A model generated the notes under the pieces. The model had not been told where the DNA came from and did not search any database. It saw nothing but the letters and a program-made list of their open reading frames with translations. From Vicugna vicugna (lineage: Eukaryota): 64,000 bases of DNA. The position numbers and the translations under genes are program-made. Below are positions 49,418 through 61,179 of the stretch, one piece after another. Numbering within the stretch: position 1 is the stretch's first letter; every line of letters starts with the position of its first letter. The stretch spans positions 62,001 to 126,000 of the forward strand of contig MU063601.1 in assembly GCA_013265495.1 (NCBI GenBank), written 5' to 3'.

Positions 49418-49513
49418 ATGAACCGTCCGGCCCCTGTGGAGATCTCCTATGAGAACATGCGTTTTCTAATAACCCACAACCCTACCAATGCTACCCTCAA
49501 CAAGTTCACAGAG
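49418..49513 (+). CDS. PTP4A2: Protein tyrosine phosphatase type IVA 2 (PRL-2), first coding exon
   Basis: Translates to [32 protein letters not shown], the PRL-2 N-terminus; 96 nt, phase 0, donor GTAAGA at 49514. Confidence 0.98.
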
Positions 49514-49602
49514 GTAAGATTGTAGCATGGTCTACTTTTTGGATTGATTTATACATAAAAATCCCATTAAAAACTAACACCATTGTAAAGAAATCTTTTA
49601 CC

Positions 49603-49766
49603 ACACACTCTGTCTGTGGAGTGAGTATCTATTTTTACTTTAAATTAAACACCTAACCCCTTACCTCTTGGCCTTTCTCTTGCCTTCTGAGATGGCTTGC
49701 ACTCTGTCTATGGAGTGTACATCTCGCTAAATAAATCTACTTTTACTCAAAAAAAATAAAAAAAAA
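49603..49766 (+). mobile_element. Polyadenylated ERV-LTR R-region fragment, apparently retroposed by L1
   Basis: CACTCTGTCTRTGGAGTG twice (49606-49623, 49700-49717), AATAAA at 49730-49735, poly(A) from 49749, flanking duplication CTTTTACC (49595-49602, 49767-49774). Confidence 0.65.
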
Positions 49767-51719
49767 CTTTTACCCCTAAGCCATTTATTGCTGTGATTGG
49801 AATGTAGGTGGTCATCTTGCCAATCTTTGTTTGAATTGAGTTGAATTAATTACAACAGATTTTTCAAAGAATATTATAGAATTCAGGGAGGTCTTAGAGA
49901 TAATCTAGTCCAATGTTTTTTCTTAAAGCTTTTCAGCATTATTAGCAGTTCTTTTGTTATACTTTCAATAATAAAAGTAATTAACATTTATTGAACACTT
50001 AGTGTGCACCCAGCATGACAATAAGCAATTTTATGCATTATATCATTTTCTTCTGACAATAATAGGTACCATTATTACTTCTCTCTTTTAGATGAAGATA
50101 CTGAGGTTCAGAGTAATTTAGTAATTTGCTTAAAGGCATGCAGCATATGATAGAACTATCTCTGACACTAAAACCCATTTCTGCCTTCAGTATTCTAACC
50201 ACTTTTGATGAAAAGCTACCTTAGAACTACTTAGCAATAGTAATGGTCATATACAAGGATCCAGAAACTTAGGGGGAAGGAAAGATATTATAGGTAGCAT
50301 TTTTATGTCAGATACTCCATTTTTTCCCATTGGTAGCAGTAGAGAAACTTTTTGTACTTCATTCAACATTTGAATACAGGCTTTTTAATCATTCTCAGCT
50401 TGTTCATTCTCAGTGTGATTTCTGTTGATGTATTTATGGAGCAATTAGAGAGCTAGATGAACTCCTAGGAATTCTGAATCTACCCTCTCACTTTATAGAT
50501 GGGAGAACTGAATTCAGAACAGGTTTTGACTTACTCAAATTCACAAATATTTACCATAAAAATTTCTACCATAACCTTTCAATGAATAGCTACTGTGGAG
50601 TTCATTTTAATGGGATTTTATTTGTATTTTGAAATTAAAAAAAATTCCTGACTCAGTGTATAACACTAAGAACTTTCCAGAGTCTGTTTCGTAAGAAGGT
50701 CTTTTTGTGAAAAATAAAGTCCCTTAGCAATTAAAATAACTTTACTCTTTAACCAGATGATGGACACTTCGTGTAGGATATCACTGTTCCTGCTTATTTA
50801 TACTTTTAATTCTCTAAGCATCTTAACTTCGTGTACACAGTGTACCAGTTGATTCCAGGCCTGTATGCCCTCAGGTTGTTCAGTCACCTTTAAGCTTGGC
50901 TGAATTATGTGATACTATTTTCAGCCTGTGAATTCCTTGGTCATAGTCTCTTGCACCTATAAAAAGATGTTGTTTGGCCCCTTGAAGTTCAGTAGTCACT
51001 GGATTAGGCATTACTATGGGCAAACTTTTAAAGCAGCAAGGCTTCTGGCTATAATTGTGTGTTAGTTGGCTTTATAATATAATACTTTTTAATCTTAATT
51101 TCAAAATTTTATTTGTTCCTTTAAATTAAAAAAAGCAATAAGTACTTACTTATGTAAAAATTAGAAGATACAGATAAGAAAAAGACAATTTAAAAATACT
51201 TAACTGTTATACTTGGTTTTTTCTGTATATATGTGTATATTTATAAATATACATACAGATAGGGTCACACTGTGTATTAAAAAAAAAAGTCCCCTAACCT
51301 CCTTAGTATTAATTTTATAGCTGTCATAGTATTCTTTATGAAGTGCTATACTTTCTTTAACCATTCGTCTATTTTTTGGACCGTTAATATTTCTAGCTTT
51401 TCACCATCCCAAACAACCTGTGCTGAACGTACTGGTACCTAAATCTTGGTGTATATCTTTAATTATTTTATTAGTATAAATTCCCAGAAGTAGAATTTCT
51501 AGGTCAAAGTGTATGTGTGCTTTTAAAGTTTTTGTGTTATGCTACCAAATTGCCCTTTATGAAGATGGGTCTTACTGATGCTTTTACTGAGATTACAAGT
51601 GTCCAGTATGTATGTTTTTACAATGCGAATGATTTTGATCTTTGTCTAAGAATGAGGGCTCATTTCACTTTATAAGAGTATATTTTAAAAGATTTGGTTA
51701 CAGACTTCAAAAGCAAGTT

Positions 51720-51859
51720 NNNNNNNNNNNNNNNNNNNNNNNNNNNNNNNNNNNNNNNNNNNNNNNNNNNNNNNNNNNNNNNNNNNNNNNNNNNNNNNNN
51801 NNNNNNNNNNNNNNNNNNNNNNNNNNNNNNNNNNNNNNNNNNNNNNNNNNNNNNNNNNN
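51720..51859 (+). CDS. PTP4A2: PTP4A2 second coding exon, inferred inside a 140-nt N gap (93 nt expected; sequence not visible)
   Basis: The expected peptide (ELKKYGV...GIHVL in known PRL-2) is not found between 49514 and 54964, and this is the only gap there and is large enough. Inference only. Confidence 0.6.
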
Positions 51860-54366
51860 ACTACAAACAAGTTGTACCTTTTAAACAGATATTTTCAGAA
51901 CTTGGCACTCATAGTTTGCTTCTTAAACTTATAGGAGATAACAACAATCATAGCAATTTACTAAAATTTCTTTGGCAGTTTTGTTCATTTGTGCCCTTAA
52001 AGTCTATACATATAGAGTATTTTCAGCAAGTAAAAAGCAAAATTTAGTTCACACTTATTTCAAGAAAATGGAAATTTCATTTTGTTTTCTTTAGGAAATT
52101 AATGTGATAATTTAGCTTTTGTTTCTAGGCTACTGGTTTGAATCTGACAAAGTAATTTCCATCAGACGTTTTAAAATCACATAGAAATATTCTCTTTTGC
52201 TTTGCAAGTACAAATTAGTTACTTAATATTTTGTGGATAACTTGTAGGGGACAAAAAAGTGGGAGAAGAGGATAAGAAGGAAGAGGGAGAAGGCATCTTG
52301 CTCCAGAGTAATCAGCATAGTTTTCTGACACTTGGGTAGGTTTCTAAGAAGCTTTTGTATGACTAGGTTTCTTTCATAGTTCAGTTTGAACATAGAGACT
52401 GGAATTAGTTTAAATCAGATTTCTCCTTGGCCCTTAAAAACACTGTTTTTATTATTGGAAATAAGAACCTCGGATTAGGTAAAATTTTATACGGTATTCC
52501 CTAAATAGCTGTCTAAATTAAAGGAGCGTATATTGAAATGACCTTACAATCTTAGTATCCTGGAGCCATTTGACATAATTGTGAGAAGCCATTGTTCTGG
52601 GAAGACAACTGGAGATTTTTGAAGTAGTTGAATAGGAAGAAAGTAATAAGGAAGGTAAAACAAGGTTATGTTCCTATTTTTTATAGAGAGGTGGTTCTGC
52701 AGTCCTTACTGCAGAGGTTAGTAGTTGAGAAGGCAGTTCATGTAAAGAAAATAAATGTCCTGTTAGTAAGACAGTTGTCTTATCTGATCCATAAAGTTTC
52801 CTCACCTCCACTTTGGTGAAAACACAAAAATTAAATAGCCAAACATTATGTTTTTTAAAATGTATTTTAATAATATGGCATAGTAATAATACTTTGCTTC
52901 ATTCCCATTTTTAAATGACTTTAAGGACCCCTCCCTGGAAATCACTGGGGATAAGTACGAACATGTGTATAATGTTAAAAAATGACAACAACCACAACAA
53001 CAGAATTTTAACTTCTGAAATTAAACCAAATACAAGTTCTTTTTCCTATATTGTGAGTATGTTATTTAGGGGGTTAATGAGCAATCAGTTCATTTTGACA
53101 GATGCCATGGTGAGAAAATGAACTGCAGATTGACCGTGGTCTGTTTGGATCAATAATGTTGGTAAACACCTTTATGAAATAGAAATGAACTAAAGAACTA
53201 GTTTGTAAAAGATAATGGTAGGTCTGGGATTTATTCCAGGACTTTAAATCTAGGCTTCTGTTTTATTTTGTTTTAAAGAGCTGTGATCAGATAAAATTAA
53301 AGGTCTAACTAAAGCTTGAAAAAAAAGAACAAAGACATTCAGAATTAAGCTTGGAATTTTCTTTTTTTTCCTAGGCAGAAATTTTAAGTTGGAATGTTAA
53401 TTTACTTTTGCTAGGTGAAAAGGGTTTGGTACATTTTATGAGAGAATAGCTCCAAAGTTAAGACATTTCAACCCTTTGACCAGTGTTCTTGCAAATCAGA
53501 GGCACATTGGAAAAGACTGATGGTGGTTTTAGGCATGTCAGTTTGAAGTCCAGATGGTTCTAAATGATTACTTTAGTAGGGTTTTTTTGATAGAAACTGC
53601 TTGTATGAGTAAGTGAAGCATGTTTCATATTACTGTTTCTTAACTAGATGAGTTTTAGGGAGTATTAGAGAAAGTAAGCTCTCAGCTAAGGTACTTACTG
53701 ATTTTACTGCTATTTACAGTTAAATTCTGTAGTGACATAATGATAACATCGACAACTCTTTAATTATTGGGCGTAGTTGACAAATCAAACATAATGTGCT
53801 GTCATAGCTAATGGGCTACGTGAAGTGATCTAGTGATGTCAATAATGAGTGCAGAATCAATTTAGTACTCTGTTACTTTTCTCTTTTTCCTTCTCTAGTA
53901 TCTTAAAGTGTCCTTATCCAATCTCATTAGAATAATGTTATATTAAAAAAAAACCACCTCTGTATCTTTGCATTTCTGTCCTTGAAGCTAGATGGGAGAG
54001 ATGGTAACATGAATCTCTCCCCAACTTTCTTCAAAGCTGATTTGTGTTGGATTCTCAGGACCCCGTGCTAGTTAACAAGGGAGACAAATCTCTGCCTGTG
54101 TTGTGAGTGCATATGGGGTTGGTCTTAACTGAAAAACCCAAATCGATGAATATAAAAAGAGAAAGGAATACTTGAGAAAATAATCTTCATTTGCTCAGGA
54201 TCCTGTCATGCAGTGCTGTGCTTGTTTAATGGGACATGTAATTTAGGCAGAGCTTTAAAAATATTTACTACTTGGCTTTTAAAAAATACATATATAAGCA
54301 CAAGGATGGTAGTATGTTTCTGTTATGATCTGCTAACTATTAGAAATTACTTAATCAGAAAGCCTT

Positions 54367-54462
54367 AAATTTTTTTTAATCTGTTTTTTAATGGAGGTAC
54401 TGGGGATTGAACCCTTGTGTATGCTAAGCATGTGCTCTACCACTGAGATATTCTCACCCCCC
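54367..54462 (-). mobile_element. tRNA-Ala-derived SINE (Vic-1-like) in a PTP4A2 intron
   Basis: ATGGAGGTACTGGGGATTGAACCC...ATGCTAAGCATGTGCTCTACCACTGAG; imperfect TSD AGARAGCCTT. Confidence 0.85.
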
Positions 54463-54963
54463 AAGAGAGCCTTTCTTTAAAGAAAAGACATCATAACTTC
54501 GAGCTGTTTGGGGGATAATCCTTAAAAATATTTATAGAGACCAAAACCAGTTGGTACACTTCTTCGCCAGAGTGAACTTCTAAATCATATTGACAGGTGT
54601 GTCATTTCTTACTTTGTCTTGGTTTTGACTTTAGCTTTCTCTACTGTGTCTAATTACTGCTCTATTCAGATAAAATATTTGAAGAACGTTAGCCTCTTAT
54701 CACTCTGATAAGAGCTTTTCAGCTTTCTAAAGATAAAGTTTGATGCTTATAACACTTCATCGAGAAGGCTAAGTTGTTTGGCACACTTGAATTTGATCTT
54801 GGATCATTTTTCAGCAGTGAACAGAATTGGGGGATTAAGAATAGCTATATATAAGTACAGTTAGTGCAGTTAGGCCTACCCTACGTCCTGTGCAGCTATT
54901 GTGCATTAGGATGTTAATTCTGGAGAAAACATCAGTTTAATGTAAAAGATCTTTTCCTCCCAG

Positions 54964-55094
54964 GATTGGCCATTNNNNNNNNNNNNNNNNNNNNNNNNNN
55001 NNNNNNNNNNNNNNNNNNNNNNNNNNNNNNNNNNNNNNNNNNNNNNNNNNNNNNNNNNNNNNNNNNNNNNNNNNNNNNNNNNNNNNNNNNNNNN
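54964..55094 (+). CDS. PTP4A2: PTP4A2 third coding exon (WPD-equivalent loop and P-loop); only the first 11 nt visible
   Basis: Acceptor CTTTTCCTCCCAG then GATTGGCCATT (D-W-P-F); N from 54975 to 55106. End 55094 assumes the known 131-nt exon, which matches the phase-2 start of the next exon. Confidence 0.85.
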
Positions 55095-56451
55095 NNNNNN
55101 NNNNNNCCTTTTTGTCTGTGAATTCTTTATCAAAAATTTCACTTTGATAGAAATTTGCATTTATTTCACTAAATATTAAATTACTAAAAGGAAAGGAACT
55201 GAGAGCTAAAGCTCAGGTAATGATTTCTCAAAAAAACTTTTTATGTTTTATTTTTTTCTCTGAGTCTGATACCATACTAGATTTAGTGGGTGATGGTTAG
55301 GAATACTTTTGAAACTGATTTAATGTAATTATCTTATCTTTGGGCCAAAAATACAGTCTTAATTTAGTATGTTTTCTTTTTCTCCTCATTTCAAGTAATC
55401 AAAGGTTTAGGTCTTTGAACTGGGCAACAAAGTTAAAATAATTTTAGATTTGAAGACTTTGTACATGGTTAATTTTGGATTGAGATGAATGAGAAGTTAA
55501 TAGATGGAGAGCAGATGGTGGAACCTCAAGCTCCTGAAAGGAGATGTATGGAGAAAGGAAATGGACTTTGATTTTAAAACATCTTTCTTTGAGCACTGCA
55601 TTGAATGGTGTTGCAACACTCATCAGCAGCAGAGTAAATGTCAGTTTATGATGTGCACTTTGACTTGGAACACTAATGCAGGCTGCTGTTGTCTCAGGGT
55701 GGTGGTGACTCAGGCTGTTACCTCTGCTCAACCCTTTTGTTTGCTCTTTTCCTTTTTTGCAGTTTAGTGTACAGTTTCTTCTTCAGGGTGAGAAGTTTCA
55801 GTCCTTATCCTGGAGGGTAAATGTAATATTCTAACTTGACTTGGGGCAGTTTTTTAAACTAACAGCTATCCTAGTTAGGTAGTCAGTCCAAAGATAGTGC
55901 CCTGTAATGGACTTTTTAAAAACATCATTTCTTTTGTTAGATTAAAAAATATATATACTGGTATTGAAAGCTGTTCCTAACTACCAGTTCTCTGATGCTC
56001 TCCTAACTCATGGAAAGAATTTTGTTGAGGAAGTCTAGTACCTTTTTAGTATTTGATGAGATGACAATGAAATTGATTTGTAACAAAAATTCTGAGACAC
56101 TCAAGATAATACATTTGGTCATTTATTTTACTGTGATAATGGTTAAAGAGCAATGAAGAATTTTTGATGACAAAATGATGGGAAAATTTGAGATATAATG
56201 TGATGTTTTAAACAGTAAAGATTTCTTAACTAAACGTTTAGAATTTAGTGCTTTACTAAAAACAGAAAGTATCATAGACTCTATCATGATCTAGATATTT
56301 CTACTATATAGAGAAATACCAGTTATTTTAGTATACTGGAACAAGGAAAGCTCAAGCTTTACATAGTTTTAATAGTATGTAATTCTGAGTTTTAAAAAAT
56401 CCTTTAATTCCAAAGACCTGTGGTTATTTACAAATGAGCTTCTCTCTTCAG

Positions 56452-56526
56452 GGCACCTGTGCTGGTTGCACTTGCTTTGATTGAATGTGGAATGAAGTAT
56501 GAAGATGCAGTTCAGTTTATAAGACA
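56452..56526 (+). CDS. PTP4A2: PTP4A2 fourth coding exon
   Basis: TCTCTCTTCAG acceptor, 75 nt encoding (R)[24 protein letters not shown](Q), donor GTGAGT at 56527. IECG marks PRL-2 rather than PRL-1 (IEGG). Confidence 0.98.
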
Positions 56527-57510
56527 GTGAGTATGAAGTTTTATGTTCAGAAACACATAAAGCAAATCATCTAAGAGGAAGAAATTATAAAAAGTATCCA
56601 TTTATAGTACAGAGTAATTTGCTGTCTTTGGCTTCAGATATTGTTTGAAGATATCAAAAATAGCAAGTGATAAATAGATTCACAGTACTACTACTGGCCC
56701 CCAGATTTGAAGATTTTCTAATTGAGGTGGCAAATTTGGACATTGTAGAATATGTCCAGTATATGACTTGAATATCTAGGAATGTTTAAAATGAGTAACT
56801 AGGTAGTAGAGTCTCAGTGATCTAGTGTCTCTTTTAATGGATGTCCAAATGCCTTCCAGATGTAACCCTCTGTGACCCAGAGGGAAGGAAGAAACCATAG
56901 AGGAGCAGTTAATCACCTCGGACTGCTAAGTGACCTGTTCGTCACAGAATCAGGATGGTAGTGCCCAGACAGAATTGTGACATCAATCTGGAGTAACAGG
57001 CCATGCTATTTTGTTGTCCACAGTTCTTTGGCAGTTACTGTCTTGCCCTTTCCTTTTTAATTTTTTCTTAAGAAAGAGAGAGAGTGAGGGAAAGAAATGA
57101 CTGTGACAAAGGGCATGAAATGTATGGTAGTAGCTCTAGGAAGGTAACATATTTCAAGGAATGCCATCTGTGTCTGCTGCTTCATATAAATACTTACTCA
57201 TTCATCCTAAATACTTGCTGCCAATTCTAATCTGAAGAATATATTAATTGGGAAGAGTATAGTCAAATGTCTCTGAATAAACCATTCTGATATTTATTAA
57301 ACGATTAATAGACTCTAATGAGAGTCAGCAAAGAAAATTTGTCTATTCTTTTAGGAAGGCACAGCAAGTTTATGTTTCAACTCAGCCCTTTCACTTAAGA
57401 AGTGATGTTGTATGGGAAACGCTAGTTTTCAGTTGTGTAGAGTTAGAAAGGCATAGGCCATAAATAATGGATTTCAGTGAATCAGGTGGCTCTTTTTTTA
57501 AGATGATAAA

Positions 57511-57794
57511 NNNNNNNNNNNNNNNNNNNNNNNNNNNNNNNNNNNNNNNNNNNNNNNNNNNNNNNNNNNNNNNNNNNNNNNNNNNNNNNNNNNNNNNNNN
57601 NNNNNNNNNNNNNNNNNNNNNNNNNNNNNNNNNNNNNNNNNNNNNNNNNNNNNNNNNNNNNNNNNNNNNNNNNNNNNNNNNNNNNNNNNNNNNNNNNNNN
57701 NNNNNNNNNNNNNNNNNNNNNNNNNNNNNNNNNNNNNNNNNNNNNNNNNNNNNNNNNNNNNNNNNNNNNNNNNNNNNNNNNNNNNNNNNNNNNN
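57511..57794 (+). CDS. PTP4A2: PTP4A2 last coding segment (with CAAX box and stop) inferred inside a 284-nt N gap
   Basis: Sequence after the gap (AAAAAAGAAATCCC...GAATAAAATGTTTAAGAAAAGA...TTAATTCAGTGAAGGATGATTTTTGCTCCTAG) resembles the proximal PTP4A2 3' UTR as I recall it, so acceptor, ~109 coding nt and stop (roughly 57530-57640) should lie in the gap. Confidence 0.65.
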
Positions 57795-60135
57795 AAAAAA
57801 GAAATCCCTTTATAACGTGAATAAAATGTTTAAGAAAAGAATAAGAGAAAGAAAAAAGGGATTAATTCAGTGAAGGATGATTTTTGCTCCTAGTGTTGGA
57901 GTTTGAATTTCTGCCAAGATTGAATTATTTCAAAATCTCCTGTCTTTTTTAACTTTCTCAAAATAGGTCTGTAAGGAAAACCAGCAAAACATTAGCCTGT
58001 GCAGAACCATCTGTTTGGGGAGCACACTCTTCCATTATGCTTGGCACATAGATCTTCCTGTTGTGGGATTTCTTTCTTTCTTTCTTTTGATTGGGGGGGA
58101 GGGGTGCGGTATGTTTTTCCCTTCTCACCTTCTGCTATCCCTCTCCCCCCTACCCCCCCCCATACAAGCTGTAGATGGAATAGGAGAAGCCCACGTTGCT
58201 GTAGATGTGCGTGCAGTCTGGCAGCCTTAAGCCCACCTGGGCACCTTTAGAAAAAAGCAAAACAAAACACAAAAAAACACCAAAAAAAAAAAAAAAAGCA
58301 GTGGCATATGTATTTTATGATCCAGGTGGTTTTTAGTCTTTACTGATGATGGGGTATTCATGTTGGTTTCCTTTCCTGAAAACCCTATTCAGCATTAGGC
58401 AAAGTAGCCGAGAGCTTTTTGTTTTGATAAATTTGTGGGGAAACGGCATTTTAAGAGGAGTCTCTCTTCTCAAGGAACTTAGCTGAGAGTCGAGTTTTCT
58501 CTGTTCCAACCGATGAAGCTAAGTGGGCATCCCAGAGACTTGTTCTCTGGAGGGGAGTACTCCAGGCCGTTGCTAAAGACGTGTCCGGGCGAGCATTAGC
58601 ACACTTTCTACGCTTCGTAGAATTGTGGGCTGTAGCATTACTCTGATTTTTTGTCTAATGATGTCAAAGAATGCTGGTAGTTTAAAATTTTTATTTTAGG
58701 ACTTACTTGTACTCTTCAGGAACAGTCAGAGGAGTAGCAGCAAAGACACAATATTTTAGACTTGAGAAATGCCTGTAACGGGTGTTTTCCAAACTGCCCC
58801 CTGTATGTACAGTTCAGTTTAACCACTGATTGCCTTGTTATTTTCTTACTAGGTTCTTTCTGAGATTACAAAAAAAATTGCTGGTTCAAAACCAGCAACG
58901 CCTAGTGAGTATGTGTCCACAGGCCGTAACAGGGTAGAAGAGAGACAATAGAGCAGCTCAGTGAGTAGCAAAGGACTGTGTGGTTAGTGAAGTGGTACAG
59001 TGACATTTTTGCAGACTCTTTGCTGGGGTCAGTGTGCTGATCTAGAAAAGCTGTTTTTCTGCTCCTTTGCAGAAGGCAGTTGTGACCAGGCTGCGCTGAC
59101 AGAGCAAGTTGGAGGATACCATCAGGGGCTCACACACACTCCATCTCAATATTACATACTTAATAGTGCTCTGCTTCTAAGGATTTGAGTAAAGTCTTAG
59201 GGTCATGTCCTGTTGGAATTTGCTATGCAGAGCCATAAATTTCCTGTTTTGTTAGGATCAGCTATGCCAGTAGGAATGGACTGGGACCTTGTCTCACACT
59301 GATGATACCTCAGATGTTGGGTGGCTATGTGAACTGCCTATTTCCTATGCCGAGTTGTTTTGATTTTTAAGTAAATGAAAATCTGTAGATTCTCTTCTCC
59401 CCCATCCCAGAAAACAAAGCAAAATAATGCTTTTTGAAATTGTTTGTAGGATTTTAAAGTGAAAAATGATGGTACTATCCAAAATTCTTTATTTCAGAAC
59501 CTGACAATAGATTCCTTAATAAAGGCTCAAGATCAAAATAGCGTACCCTCTAAGCTCAGATAGACTGTGGACTCCAAGGGTTTTGATCAATACCATAACA
59601 ACCCTTTTTCCTTTGACATGCTCNNNNNNNNNNNNNNNNNNNNNNNNNNNNNNNNNNNNNNNNNNNNNNNNNNNNNNNNNNNNNNNNNNNNNNNNNNNNN
59701 NNNNNNNNNNNNNNNNNNNNNNNNNNNNNNNNNNNNNNNNNNNNNNNNNNNNNNNNNNNNNNNNNNNNNNNNNNNNNNNNNNNNNNNNNNNNNNNNNNNN
59801 NNNNNNNNNNNNNNNNNNNNNNNNNCAGTATCAGTGCCTGCCTGAGATAGGAAAATTACATTCCTGGTTCTGTATGAGGAGAAGGGTGTATAAAGCAACA
59901 TGAAACATTAGCCCTCATTTTGTTTTAAATTACAGACTAATATTAATTGTTCTCAGAACTGGATCTTTAAAATTAAAAAATTTTTTTCTTTTGGATTTAA
60001 TGAAGTATTGCTAGCTGAAGCCAGTTTGACATGGTGAGAGAGATGTCAGACTGATGAAAGGTGTGCAGCCTGACTTAAAAACCAAACCCTGAGCCCTTTT
60101 AAAGAACAATAAAACATATTTTACATGCTCTTTGT
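57795..60135 (+). other. PTP4A2: PTP4A2 3' UTR (visible part; N gap 59604-59825)
   Basis: Block with no recognisable interspersed repeat after the last coding gap; AATAAA at 57820, 59518 and 60108; recognisable PTP4A2 UTR text at both ends. Confidence 0.75.
60108..60113 (+). terminator. PTP4A2: Likely main (distal) polyadenylation signal of PTP4A2
   Basis: AATAAA followed ~15-20 nt later by a CA and a GU/U-rich element (CTTTGTCTGTGCATTTGTT). Confidence 0.7.
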
Positions 60136-61179
60136 CTGTGCATTTGTTCTCCACCCTCAGGCTGAGTTTCATTTATGTCTCCTTGGAAAACTTGGTATTC
60201 GCAAGTCCTGTTTTGGGTCCTAATAATTATTGCAAGGAGGTGAAGTAATTAAAGCTTGAAAAGTTCAAAGATTTCATGCCTCCCAGGTTTTCAATAAAGG
60301 CAAACTTAACAGTAGCTGGGATACATCTGGTTCATTTTCTGGTTCAGTTCTTGGACACAGCACCATAGGAATTCAGTATCTTGCCTCATTTTAAAGGATT
60401 TGTTTATACCATAGGGTTTTGATGAAGCATTGAAACTTTACTTGAACTCTCCAAAAACAGAGACAGGAGGAACTTTATGTATCATACGATTTGGAGGTAA
60501 ATTTCCCTTAAACTGGATAAGCACCTGTCCATTCATCCAGATAACAAGTTTATGTGGTGAGGTAGTAAGAATGAAAAGAAAGATACTGATCCCACTTTGA
60601 AGGACCTTCGTCCAGAAGAGGAGTCAGATATGCAGACATATAAACAGTGGGTGGTTACAGAACTTTGTGACTTAGAATTGACTGGTCCTTTCACCTCATT
60701 CCCTTCAATACTCCGCCCAGACTCTGGTTTACTGTTAGAATCAATCTTGGTTACACAAGCAGTTGCCTTGCCCCATCTCTGGCTTCATTACTTTCCCAGC
60801 TGAGTGCCGTTTTTGGTTAAGTTCAGTATGCCACCTCTGCACTTATGCACGTGTGCAGTTGAACTTGGTGGCATGATTTCTGTGTTTAGAAGACATGATC
60901 TCAGGTAGACCTCAGTACCATCTGACAGTCATACTGCATTTCTGTATTCCACTTACTCTTTCAGTCTCCTTAAAAACTTAAATTTTAACATCTTTCTCAT
61001 CCTCTCTGAGCTTATGACTTTTTTTTTAACTTAGAAAATAAAATCAAAATTTCCATAGGCTTCTACCATCACATCCTTGTTTGAAGTATTTTGAGTCAGT
61101 GTCTTAAAAACCTTAACTTGAAGGAATTACACAAATAGCACGTTAAGTACTGTGACTAAAGCACCTATAGGGAGAGTGA

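Noticed and set aside
48743-49525. 260-aa ORF suggesting an N-terminally extended PRL-2
   Set aside because: It is open only because 552 N bases are translated as X; its start lies in intron sequence. Only 49418-49513 is supported.
56452-56526. Assignment to PTP4A1 or PTP4A3, or to a processed pseudogene
   Set aside because: [16 protein letters not shown] and IECG are PRL-2 specific, and canonical introns plus a CpG promoter show this is the parent gene.
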